From Octopus bimaculoides (taxonomy: Eukaryota): a stretch of DNA of 64,000 nt. Position numbers and translations under genes: made by a program. Within the stretch, counting starts at the first letter, position 1. Every line of letters begins with the position of its first letter. The stretch covers positions 47,566,833-47,630,832 of the forward strand of contig NC_068991.1 in the NCBI RefSeq assembly GCF_001194135.2, in the 5' to 3' direction. Shown here piece after piece: positions 1-13,100 of the stretch. The notes under the pieces were generated by a model. It was not told where the DNA came from and did not search any database. It was given only the letters and a program-made list of their open reading frames with translations.

Positions 1-825
1 GAACACACCAGAGATATATGATCGATGATATTCCATCTTAAACCTTGGGCAGGGAACAGATTTTCCCAGTGACCCGTTTTAAGACTCCTTGAGAGCGATT
101 TGGAAATTAGCTGCTATTTCTAGTAGGTCAAGCTCCCTTTTTAAATATCATTTTTTTTTTGTCTAGGGAAATTCTACATTATCAGCTGAGATATATAATG
201 GAACTACTCAGTAGAAAAAGCAACTTTCAAGATAGCAATAACCAAGTCGGAAAAGTCTTCCAGATAAATATTTCTTAAAAAGTGCATTACCATCTGTAAT
301 TCCAATGATGATTATTTAACATAAACTTTAAATATAAAGATGAAAAATGTACTTTTTCCAATCGGGACAATATCTAATGTACAAACTAAAATTGTACAGT
401 TTAGTCATTTTGCACGTGGGTCACTTCTAAAAATGACCAATTATGTGGCAAAACCCAAGTTAATTTCTTAAGAATAACGAAAGCCTTAACTGTTATATAT
501 TAAATTCAAAGACTTAAAGAAAGGATGGTAATTACTGCATTAATTCATCACAATATATGTATAGATATATTTATTGTAACATAAGGCTGACTGCCATGTG
601 GAAAGGAAAAATGGCAGCGGCGATGTGCAGAGGTCTGCTGTTAAGTGGTGTTCGACTTTTGTCGGGGATTTCATTAAATCATTGGAAGAATATTAAAGTT
701 ATAACAACACAGAAAGGAAACATATAACACAAACAAATGTTGTATGTAACAACTGGACAAAACAACGATGTTGGTGCGGAATAAATTGGATATAAACGAC
801 GGGAGAAATGCCGAGAACAACTTAC

Positions 826-854
826 CCATGATGGCGGCTTGATTGAAAAGAGAA
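826..854 (-). CDS. First exon of a minus-strand gene (about 21-25 nt 5'UTR plus ATG-G, coding 829-826), probably a ribosomal protein or other TOP gene; remaining exons not found in window
   Basis: Minus strand reads TTCTCTTTTC (854-845, TCT/TOP-like) AATCAAGCCGCCATC ATG G | GTAAG: pyrimidine tract, strong Kozak context, and a consensus donor at 825-821. No second exon recognised in 1-820. Confidence 0.6.
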
Positions 855-1095
855 CGTGTCACGAGAGGGCGCTGTAGGGTAAGAAAGATTTGTTAGAAAG
901 GGAGGGAGGATGTTACGAGAGTCTCGTTTGTCACATGACTTCTCCTTGTCAAATCTCATGTGAGTGACTCTAGAATATATTAGCAGACAGATCCACAGAG
1001 AAACTGACAATTATTTCTGGGTTGAAGCCTTTGCTTCATATTTCAGGGGATTTATTAAATAACAATACATAAATATATATACATATCTGTTCTAA
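855..1095. promoter_or_regulatory. Short bidirectional promoter with M-box/CLEAR-type E-boxes
   Basis: Divergent ATGs at 829 (-) and 1096 (+). GTCACATGAC at 930-939 (reverse complement GTCATGTGAC) and TCATGTGA at 956-963. Confidence 0.6.
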
Positions 1096-1196
1096 ATGGA
1101 TTACCGAGGAGTTGGTTCTATATTTTCTATTATTTTAATTTCATTAGCACCAATATTTGCAAATGATGTACCTGCTCTGATATGGTCACCTTCACG
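1096..1196 (+). CDS. ATP6AP1: ATP6AP1 exon 1
   Basis: MDYRGVGSIFSIILISLAPIFANDVPALIWSPS(R); donor CG|GTAATA, phase 2. Confidence 0.9.
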
Positions 1197-4100
1197 GTAA
1201 TATATTAATTATAATACAATATAAAATATAAGTAAAATATAATATATTTGTAATATAATGCAATGTCTACCTAAATATTTCTATTTACAGTTGTTTCACC
1301 TCTGACATATATACATAATTAATATCTGTCCCTATTATGGTTCTGTTTCACCTCCTTTCTTTCATATATTTTGGACAGTTTCTTCTATTACAATTTCTTG
1401 TTGTTCTTTATCTCATCCGCCCCCAGATTTCCCTATTACAAATTACAATAATAATAATGTCTGTCTCTAATTTTTCTGTACAGCTATTTATCTTCTTTTG
1501 ACGCACTTGTTGAGGTGCTCTCCTGTTGATTATGGTAATACACACACACACATATGCATCTATCTACACACAGACACACACATTTATATGTGTGTGTGTG
1601 TGTTTTCTGTATGATTAAATATAAGCATTTTCAATGTGTAAAGCCATTCCACTATCGCATTGCTTTGTTATTGGACTCTGATCCCTCTCTTGCTTTATAT
1701 AAACACTGTCAGTATGAACACTTTATATTATCTAATTTAATATTTCTTTTTCAAAGACTAATTTCATATTTAATTAAAGCATTCTGGCTTTTTCACTCAC
1801 CCACATTTTTGTCTTGAGAAGAAGAAAGAGGTGCTAGAATCGAGGGAACTAAACTCTAGAATATTCATTTCAAGAAGCTTTTGACCCTGTAAAAACAAAA
1901 CGCAAATACAGCGATCCCTGTCAAGACTGAATCCGTTTTAGAGATTTATCGTTTCAGTTCCAGATCATCCTTAAGTCCCGTGATCAAACATGTTTCAACC
2001 GAAACTCCTCTCTTTAAAAAAAAATTTTTTTATTGTATCTGGTAGTGTAACTTGTAATACATTAGTCAAATGTGTCTTTTTATTTATTCATTTACTCAGA
2101 GACGTTAGGGAGTGTGATTGAAGGGAAATTTTATTGAAATGGGTACTATTCAAGAAGAGTACCTTGAAATGTTAATGATCGAACTATTAGACACTCTCTC
2201 GCCAGGCTTAATGTTTATCGATGATCTTGTTAGTGAAATATTTGTGGTATCGATGCCATTTCAAGAACATTAGCAGTGTGAGGGAAACTGATCCGACTGC
2301 TAATTGAAAGACTTATTTTTTGAAACGGATCATTTTCTTTTTTTAACAGAAGACGCTTTGATGTCTTCGGCTTCCTATTTTCTTTGTCAGTATTATTAAG
2401 ACATATTTTTTTGTTACTACAGGCAACAAGATTCTGTAGCATTCATGCCTATTTTCAAGGGCATTATCTCTTGTTGTTCAACTCCCAAGTCGTTATTATT
2501 AAGACAGTAGGGTGTGACATGAAGGCGATTCTAGCAAGTCGAGCGACCATGTAGGCTTCCTCAGTTGTGTTTTGACACGATTGTAACGGATATTCGGCCA
2601 GTATCGTTATAAATGTCCTATTACAAATTTAGGCATTCTTTCGATTGCAACGGTTATCGAATGAGGTTAGGATGGGTGTCCACCAATTTGGAGTTTGTTT
2701 TTTGTTTTCTACTAAAGAATTATTCCAACCACTCCTTGTTTTAACCTCCGAGACGTTACTTTAGTTAAATGAAATTTTCCGTGCAGGATTCGCATTTAAG
2801 TTAGATACTCATGTGACACAAGCAAACTGAATCTTCGGTGACTCAACATTTTGATTATTAAATCAACTATCGATGTAAATCAACAACTCTCCGTCTATTT
2901 ATAAAGTAAAGGAACCATTAATGTATATCCTACTTACTAGGCATCTCGTGACACATGACATGGCATGGTTATTACGGAAGTTATTTTTTCAGTTGTTTAT
3001 TAAGGTGACGAGCTAGCAGAATCATTAAATCGTCGGACGAGATGTCTAATGGTATTTCTTCCGGCTGTTTACGTTCTGAGTTCAAATACTGTCGAGGTCG
3101 ATTTTGTCTTTCATTCTTTCAGTCGATAAAAAAATCCCTTGCTGTATTTCTTCTGGCTGTTTATGTCCTGAGTTCAAATCCTGCCAAGATCAACTTTGCC
3201 TTTAATCTTTTGGGGGTAGATGAAAGTAAAGTACTAGTCAGGTGTTGGAGTTAAATGCATCGACGTTTTGTTTGAAATTTTGCACCTAAATTGCAAGAAC
3301 GTTATCATGTGCTTTACTAGTTCCAAAACAGGATTAGTGAATATTCCATTAGCAATTTTTAGAGGATTAACAGCATGGAAGAGTGATGATGTAGTTGAGG
3401 AAATCTCTGAGTGCTAATGAAAACGGATTGGCTAATCTGCCCTGGAAGAATTTTGGATAGCTTCCAAAAGCCCTTGACCAGGCTGTGTTACTGAGGGGTT
3501 CTACTAGTTAGAGGAAAAAAACTTTATAAGCATGAAAGTGCTTCAGATGAGCCTGTCTTTAAGATGTATGCAGAGTAACAAAACCATTCTACATGCACTC
3601 ATTCAGAGTTCAGTTATTACTGGCTTGTGGAGTGAAGTCAAACGGTACTCCATTGTAGGCTTCACATAGAATACCAGCTGTAGTTGTGGACTGAAATTTT
3701 TTCCTTAGTTCTGAAGAGATGCAGTCTTAGCTGTGCTAAGAATGTGCTATCATCAGGAGAAATTCTCAGTGATATTGTGGCTCAGGATTTGGAGCAACTG
3801 TGGAGGCTGTAGCTGAGTGCTGCTAATATTTAGTGGGCATATGGTGATATGGGTAGTGCTTGAGTTTTTTTTTCTGTTAAAAGAAAACTAGTTTGGCCTG
3901 GCCCCACTGAAAGTTGCCTTCAAGCAGTGGCATAGCTAATAGGGGAGCAACCACTCAACCAAGAACATTTTTCAAAATGGACACCCTTTATAAAATGTAT
4001 AATCAATGAGTTAAAAATTGTTTTGTATGTGTTATGGTGCTTTTTTTTTATGTGCTTGCTCTCCTAATTCTAGAACCTTGCTACACTCCTGCTCTCAAGG

Positions 4101-7100
4101 TCTTTGTTTATGGAACCATTGCAGGTTTAGCATGCAGTGAATAACGCATATTTGGGGAAAGTTTGAGAGGAATGATGGGCCATGTCATCTGCACATGAAT
4201 TGGCATGGTTAGATGTGGCAGCTAGTAGGTCATTGATGTATAAAATGAAGACATTGAGGTGCCTGTCTGAATCCGGAGAAACACCAGAGTTGGTTGAGAA
4301 TGGGGCAGAAAGAGCTCTGTCAATACATGCTGTAATGGTGTAATCAGATAAGAATATTCAACCACATACATGTTATTCAATGAGCTTAGTAGTTCAACTG
4401 ATTGAACAATTGAAAACTCATGGTTTGAAGTTCTTACCAAGTTCCATTTTATTGATGCGAATTAGTAATACATCAACTTGAGACCCTCTATGCATTTTAC
4501 AGATATTTAGTTAAGATTATGTATAATGTTGGACTTTTTTTTTTTTTGCTGCTTTCATAGATTCCCCATGACTCTCTGTCACCATCCAATTTCATTATTA
4601 TGAATCTGAATTGGGAGCTTAGTGAATCTTTCATTAGCTGATTACACAACCATGGATGTAATTGCTATGGCTGTGTTGCAGTTGCTCTCTTGATAGAACT
4701 TGATGATCCTAACCATTGATCTTGTAGGATTCCTCTGCTCAGCATTAATGTAAGAAGCACTGTTGGCTCAGTTGATTTCTTTCGCAACCTCTTCACAATC
4801 CCCCATGCAGCAGTTCCATGTCTTCGCCGTATCCCTGGCAAGTTGGCTGAACGGGTGCTATGGCAGTCTGTAACTATGCAGGGCATGATCATCACTCTGT
4901 GAACTATATTTTCAAAATACCCACATACCCAACTTGTTACCAAATAGTAATATAGATTGTAATGGTATTTATGGAATAGCCATTGTTCTTCTTATCATGA
5001 CTGAGGCTGATTCACAGACTGTATTTAAGAGAATCCATAAATTGGAGCTGATTTTCTACTACAGTAGATTCCATCAACTCCTATATCATGCAATATTATA
5101 TGTAGTATATATTTGCTGCTCTTTTAATCAACTTGGTAACAACACCTATCAACTACTTCCACAGAGCCTCCTGGGCATTTGAAAGACCCTTTTCCACTTG
5201 TACTCCTGCTACCAACTGCTCCCGTACATCTACACACAAATTCTGCTTTTTTCTGTTAGCCTACCCATAAGCGAAGTAAACCACTTGGGTGTAGATAATT
5301 TTTTTTTTGCAGAGTACACCATATAAAATTTTTAAGTACTTACTCCTTTTCTGCATAAAGAGCACAGTCATTTCGCTGAAGGTTGTGGAGTCTGATCTTC
5401 TTTCTAATTAGAACGTTAGTCTTTGCTGCTAAGTCTACTTTGATGCATCTTGATTCTAGATTTTTCGTTCATGTTTGAAATGTTTTCTCTAAATGTCTTC
5501 CAGATTCAACTGTAAGAAATTAGGTCATCAGCACTTTTTGTCATGGACAGCCCATCTTATCTATCTTGGGCAAAATTAATGGAAAGAAAAGGCAGTGGTG
5601 TTCCAACAGAAATATGGCAAAGTGATCAAAGTGTAAAGCGGGTGTTGGCATATTGCATCAGAAATATGGCAAAGTGATCAATGTGTAAAGCGGGTGTTGG
5701 CATATTGCATCAGAAATATGGCAAAGTGATCAATATGTAAAGCGGGTGTTGGCATATTGCATACATCATTTACCTTTGTCTTATAGAGAGTCTTGAAAAG
5801 TCAGCTCAACATGTTCTACTTTGAATAAATAATGGAATATTTAACATATGTTTCAGTCTCATTTGTTGTACAAATATACATTTTCTAAAGTTGATTGTTT
5901 GAAGATTGCTGCAAATATATAGAATAGCTACAGGTTTTATACATTTCATTGATGAGTGCTTTTGTTCTGAAAATGGTCATTAGTCCACTTAGGTTTCACA
6001 CAATTGCTCATTTACTTTAATTTATTGATTGATAAGGTTAAGTAAATTGTAGCAACGGTACATATATCTGCATGTAGCTATTGGAATCATTTTAGACAAG
6101 AATAAGAGAATTTCTAAATTATTTTGCTATACATAGGGGTTAATACCATTCAGCTGCTAATATATCTAATTTCTTTATAAAATCCTAGGGATAATGATGA
6201 GAATTAGAATATAATAACAGTAAAATAATGTTTAAGTTATGGAATTCATTTATATGTATGAGTCATCTGATTGGTTAATTTAATTTTGTTGGAACACAAG
6301 ATTGATATTACTGTTATAAAATGCTTGGGATTGGAAACTGTGTTTTATTTGTATCCTATTTCAGTGAAGGTGTGAGGCTCAGTGTTTAGTGTGTCAGGCT
6401 CACAATCATGAGGTAGTGAGTTTGATTCCTAGACCCGGCTGTGTGTTGTGTTCTTGAACAAGACTCTTTATTTCATGTTGCTCCAGTTCACTCAGCTGTA
6501 GAAATGAGTTGCAATGTCACTGGTGCCAAGCTGTTTTGGCCTTTGCCTTTCCCTTGGATAAGTCGGTGGCATGGAGAGGGGGAGGTATGCATGGGTGATT
6601 GCTGGTCTTCCATAAACAACTTTGCCTGGACTTGTGCCTTGGAGGGTAACTTTCTAGGTGCAATCTCATGGTCATTCATGACTGAAGGGGGTCTTTACCC
6701 ATTACCCTTTTTCAGTGAATATTCTTATCTGTACTTCCAAACTATGGTTCCACTTGGCTATGGTTATCATTAGGGAATACAGATAGATAGCCCATTTAGA
6801 TATTAAATGGGAAATCACTCACCTTTACATATACAGTAGAGTCCTGTATCTTTCCTTCAGTAAGACACTTGTTTCTGTCTATCTATCATATTTTAGCTTC
6901 TCAACAGCTGGCATAAAGCTGTCTCTCTCTCTCTACTACAGCTTGTCACAGTATCTTGTCACTTTAGAATGGTTTCTAGTATTACGCCCTGCACATTTCT
7001 CCCTCAATTGTTAGCTTATTTGTGGGCCTTGTGACTACTATCCATGGTTCCTTTTTTTTCTTTATTTTTTTTAATTTTAAGGACATATCTAAGAATTGGA

Positions 7101-10100
7101 GGTTCTTCCTGTCAACAAACCTTTTAGTTGCCTTTTTACAGCCTTCAGCTATACTGTGCAACTATTGTAAAACTGGGCTGCACAAAAGCAACTCTGCATA
7201 TTTCTCAACTAAAGACATGGGCAAATAATTACTATTATGGCTGCCTATCAATTTACAAAAGAAGCTTTATATAGAAAAATTAAGATGACCTATAAAAATC
7301 TCAAAATAGGACAAAAGAAAAATCTTTAAAAGTAGCAGGATGTAATGGTGCATTGTTATTTTTATTTTATATAAAATTATTGTTTGTGGATAATCAAAAA
7401 ACTAATTTTTTATCTTGCTCAGTGTTTTTAGCAGCTTTTATGCAAACGACCTTCTAGCTGTAGAACCCCTTAGAAGACAAATTATGTTTGCTGTTTTTAA
7501 CCCTTTAGCATTTAAACCAGCTATACTTGACTCAAATATTCTACCAGTCTTATACTCAAACCAGCCAAAGCTGGTCTCTTACACATAACCTACAATGTCA
7601 TTCTGAAATTAAGCAATCTCATCATCAAAATCTTGAAGCTACAAAATAATGCATGAATAATTAAAAACAACATGAATAAATTAAGCAATGCATTTGACAA
7701 TATAATCTGAATACTAGAGAGTTAAAAAAGTGTTTCTTAGGGTGGAGCATGGCAGAGTATTGGTGAAAGTGCAGCTAACTTTAGAATGAAACAGAAGCAA
7801 GTAATAATTCATTAAAACTTTAATTAAAATTTCTTTTAAACACACACACACACTCACTGAATATTGACTTGGTGCACAATTTTTTGTATTTTTTTATTTC
7901 TTGAAAATCAAAGTGAAACATGGGACCAAAAAAAGGGGATTGAGAAACACTGACTTAAACCAAAGCATTCTCTGTTTATCTAGTAAACTGAGAGATGTTT
8001 GTTTTCTCTTCTAGTTCAATGAATGACCTGCCCACAGTATTTATGGGTAATAAAGTCAGTGCTGATACTTTCCATAACAATTACCTGTTGCCACTATCAA
8101 AAGAGTCCAGATCCATTGTGATTTTTCTTCAAGACAAGGTAAGTGTTCATAGTGTCATTGTGTGCAAGTTTTTCTGTTTCATTTTTGATATTAATATTAT
8201 TCTCTGAAATATCATTTTCTGCTTCATCGAAACATAAAATTTGGAAACGGAACTAATTTAACCATAATTAAAACATATCTTCCTCCAACAACCTCATATA
8301 ATTATAATAATCAGAAACCTGACTGTAAACAAAGATCTTTTTGGATCACTCTATTATATATAATCATCTAAGAATCCTTAAGTCAGAAAAAAATATGCAC
8401 TCATATATTTGTCAATAGAGTGGATACATTAATCAAAGTATTTTAGATCCATTTCAGCAGATCTTATCAATGGTTTTTGCACTGGGTATTAGATAATCAT
8501 ATATAATATAACAGCATGGTTAAGTAATACCACATACTCTTCAGAGATGGCAAGTATCCCATGTAAAACCAGTTAGTAAGACTGGCTGAAAGGAATTTAT
8601 AATACTGTATATGAATGAATATGTGAGATCTTTCTTTTTGTATGACTATTCTAAGATCCTCAGTAACAGAATTAGTTGACTAATTACATTAATTATTGTA
8701 TTTTCTGTCATATCAGCTTGGACTTAACCACCTGTCTCATTATGCTGACATATATAATGATGACGGGAAAGGTGGAGTATTTAAAAATGTCAAGGTAAGC
8801 AATGCAGTTTTTCTATTTATGTTCATATTTTAAAGAATTCCTTATAATATTGCTTTTGATTTTGAAGATTTTGAATCATTGATGTATTTTGGGTTGGTAG
8901 AATTATTCGAAAGCATCAGATAAAATGGTTTGCAGTTTATAGTTAGGAGACTTCAAATTCTGAGATCAGATTTTAATCTATCTTTTTCAAGAATCAATAA
9001 AATAAAGTACCAGTCAAGTACTGGGATTAATTTAATCAACTGTACCCTCCCTGAAAGTGTATGTGGCCTAATGTTAATTAAAAGAATAGTAAATTGATGT
9101 ATCATTAGAGCACCTGACTAAATGCCTTGGGGTATTTGGCCATATTTATCTGCATTACAAATGTTGCTGGAGTCAGTTGTGCCTTTCATACTTTCAGGGC
9201 CAATAACATCCATACCTGTAATATGCTAAAAATCAACTATACTTTTGCCTTTAGAAGTGTAACTTTGTAAAAAAAATATTACTTTATAAATGACATCTAT
9301 TATAATAAAAGCGAAATCTGTCTGTCCATCTGGGATCCCTGTATTTCATAGACATATTATACCTTTTTGGAATCAGAATGATCCCGGGATTGGAAATCTG
9401 CCCTTCATTTAGTTCTTGAACATCCAGTATTGGAATCTGATTTAAAAGCATGAGGGTTGCTACTTCTAGCAGGTAAAGCTTGGTTGATTCACTCCATCTT
9501 GGTTGGCGCTTGTCAGATGATGTCAGAGATCAAGAAGGAAATAAATTGTTAATTTTATGTCGAGATAAGAAATTTGGAACAATTTGACCAACAGTTGGAA
9601 TTCAACTGGGGACTGGAACAATAGAATGATTGCATTACAGAATGAATTCTCATCCATCCTTAAACTCTGAACAAATAGCACTGGGGCATGTAGTCATTAT
9701 AGATGTATTATAATCATGCTATTTATCCCTCGGCAGGAGCTAGTTAAGAAATAAATATTGAAAAAATAAAAGGTTCTTATATTTTGGTTAATTAGATGGT
9801 TAAGCAAAACGTTAATTAGTATAGTGTACTTGAAAAATTGGTAATGATATTGAAAATTTAGTATTGGTTTAACTTTGGTATTGAATAGTTTGTGTAACTG
9901 GATTTATCCCACCCTAAATATACATTTTGACTGTATTTGGACAAATATCTGAGGTATAATTTTGAATTTTTCTGAAATGCAGTTTGAAGGTTTTAGCAGT
10001 AATTTTTTTTTGTGGCCTACAATGTTGCTTGTTTCAGTAGGATTAGAAACTAATGAATAATCATTGGAAGAACTAATCGAAGAACTGAAATGGGTGAAAT

Positions 10101-13100
10101 AAATTGAACTAGTTTGTGAGACTTATAACAGTAACTGAATCATGTCTGTTGCTCCCATTGTGTTGTTGGTCAGCCTCTAAATGTTAATCCCACAACCTCC
10201 CAAAAACCATAACTGTCACTTGCAAGCAGGGTATGGTTTGCTAGTGTGTACCATATTTTTGCTAATTGTATTAAGTGCCTATGCACCGATGAATAGACAG
10301 ATACCCTCATGGTTCTCCCTCCATTGACCCAGTGGAACAACCAGGATGTAACAGCTAGAGGGAGAGAAGATGGCATCAGTACTCAGCGAGTGCTTATTGC
10401 AGCAGAGTAAACTAGTCTAATGTGAAATAAACTGCTCAAGAGCACAGTATACTACCCAGTTCAAGAATTTAACCTGTGGTTTTATGATCACGGGTCCTTC
10501 CTACAACTCAATTGTGAAATGAAAGTTCTTCCTCAACCCTTTAGATACCAAAGTACTTGAGACTACGAGACTACCCCTGTTTGCATGATACTGACTTCCT
10601 GTTTTAAGGTGAACTGAATTAAAACCTTCCATCAAAATTTCCTGTTAATTCATGTTCCAAACACCAACTTAATAATGGTTTCAAATTTTGGCACAAGACC
10701 AGTAATTTCAGGGGAGGGTGTAAGTTGATTACATCAACCCCAGTGCTCAAAAGAATGAAAGGCAAAGTTGACCATGACAGAATTGGAACTCAGAACAGAA
10801 GGATGAATGAAATGCTGCTAAGCATTTTGCCCATTTGTGTTAACAATTCTGCCAGTTCACCACCTTACACCAACTAAACATTTAGTTTTTAAACTAAATT
10901 CTTCATTATTTTCAAAATTTACTAAAACAAAGACACTGTATTTTAACAGAAATATAACAAAATAACAAAATTCAGAGAAGTTACATGATACAAATACATA
11001 ACTTGCTTTGTATAAATCAGTGTCTCAAACAGCAATTAAAACATACCTTATCAAATTTATCTTAATTTAAACCGAATCCTTGATTGATTTTTGATTTATT
11101 AAATTCATTTACAATACTATTTAAATAAATATCCTATTCACCTTTTTCTTTATTGCTTTTATATTCATTTGCTGCTCTACACTATTTACTACTGCTTAGT
11201 TTTCCCCATACCTGGTCACTTTAGACTATCTCTTGGTTGTGACAAAAATCATTTGTTTTTATAGTATTCTTATCTGGGCTAAGACCTCTCCACATAATTT
11301 TATGTGTGATCCATTTTGTCATGTTTCAAATACCAACTTAATGTTGAATTATTTTCTTAAATTGGTTCTAATTTTTGATTATTTTTAAAATTAAATGAAG
11401 TACATAGTATATTTTGTTTGAAATAGCATTGCAAAAAGTTTATATTCAATTCATATGATACTTTCTAGAAATTCATGGAAAACAGCTTCTCAACCAACTT
11501 GGCATCAGTCAGTAATCCAATGGCTGCAGTAGAAGGTTTGAAGAAAAAATTCCTTGACAACTTTATAGAAGTTCACAATCCACTAAAGATTGCTTCAATG
11601 AAGCTAAACACAGACAAATCTCATTTGTTTCTTGTGCACCTTCCTGATTTAATTGGATCTTCTAATGAAGCAGTAACTCTGAAAAACAATGGTATGTTAC
11701 TTTTACAAAGTGAGGGAAAGATTTTATCAAGAACTGTGAAATGATATTGGTTTCTATGTTTTGTTTTGATATTATTTACAGAAAACAAAAAACAACATTT
11801 TTAGTTATTAATTCGTATTTTTCTATCTAATCATTCCTCTGTAATTAAATGTTTGTAGATAGATGATAAGTGGAAAATATCTTTACTTTTTGCACACTTA
11901 AATTAGATATAAGCTCAATTATTTCTACATGAAATCTAAATCCATTTCAGATTTTTTTCTTCCTAATGGATATTTAATTCAGTTAAGCTTATTAAATCTT
12001 ATATAAACAGAATATAAGATGTATAATGATGCATACCAATATATGTTATTGTTTGTTTCTTCTCAAGCCATGCCTGGCTCATAAGGGCCGGTTTCTTGGT
12101 TTCATAGGCATATAGGTTCCCCACCTGAATGGAACGCTGGTCTGTCACAGGTGACCTGCTAGATACAGGAGGAAAGAGTGGGAGAAAGCTGTGGTGAAAG
12201 AGTCAGTAGAAATTCGCCATTACCTTCTGCTAGAGCTGCGTGGAGCTTAGGTGTTTTGCTTATAAACATGCACATCGGTCTGAGATTTGAACCTGTGATC
12301 CCTCGACTGCGAGTCCGCTGCTCTAACCACTAGGCCATGTTTGTTTTTAGTCCATCTTAAAGTCATCTTTTATTCCTTTGATTGACTGCTGTTTGATAAC
12401 AGAGCTCATTGTCTGTCATATTATGTGTCAGGAAGAAAGCTGACATGCCTAGCTAGTATAGTCATATTAATGTGATATCTGGCATGTCATAGCTAACAGT
12501 TATATTAATGACACAGTTGAGATGCCATGGTTAATATAGTCATATCCATGAAACAGCTGGCACATTGTGGCTAGTATTGTCACTTACTGCATTGAATGGC
12601 ATGATTTTCCTATTAATTTTATTTATAGTGAAAATTCTATTTAACATACAGGATTGTATATTAGCAATTTTTACCAAGAATTCTAATGCTTAAACCATAC
12701 CATTTGCATCCATACAAGAAACAAGGGTGGTTAAGAGGTTTTATTTTGTTAAACTCTTAAGCAGAATATATTATGGTTTGTTAGCATCAATTTTGGTAAA
12801 ATAGTCTTTATTTACAAAGTTAGTGACAGAAACAGCAACTATCTGTATCCTCCGATGTATATAGATTTCCCAATTTGCAAAATTCCAGTCTGTTATGTCA
12901 ACATTAGAAAATGGTTAAGAAACAAAACATTGTCAAGTAAAGCAATATGTTTATTACCATAATTTTATTTCTTATATGAAATTTTGTGTACCAAGATGTG
13001 GGAATGGTGGGATATCTGTCCATCCTACTGCCAACCAACAAAATCAAGGTATATAGAGCTATAGATCTTTGCCCCAGGCACAAAAATTTGCTGCAGTAAG

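Noticed and set aside
545-551. Minus-strand GTGATGA (C box) in the intron of the putative ribosomal protein gene, possible snoRNA
   Set aside because: No CTGA D box 60-110 nt downstream and no terminal stem.
611-727. Plus-strand short ORF MAAAMCRGLLLSGVRLLSGISLNHWKNIKVITTQKGNI, resembling a mitochondrial presequence
   Set aside because: Stops after 38 codons with no convincing donor. It lies antisense in intron 1 of the TOP-type gene, and AAAATGGCAGC is more simply a YY1-type motif.
4560-5560. ORFs 4665-4943 and 4934-5182 as genes
   Set aside because: No splice-consistent structure or recognisable domain; probably more decayed retroelement sequence, family not assignable.
5607-5762. CRISPR-like array
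   Set aside because: Units are contiguous with no unique spacers, and the context is eukaryotic.
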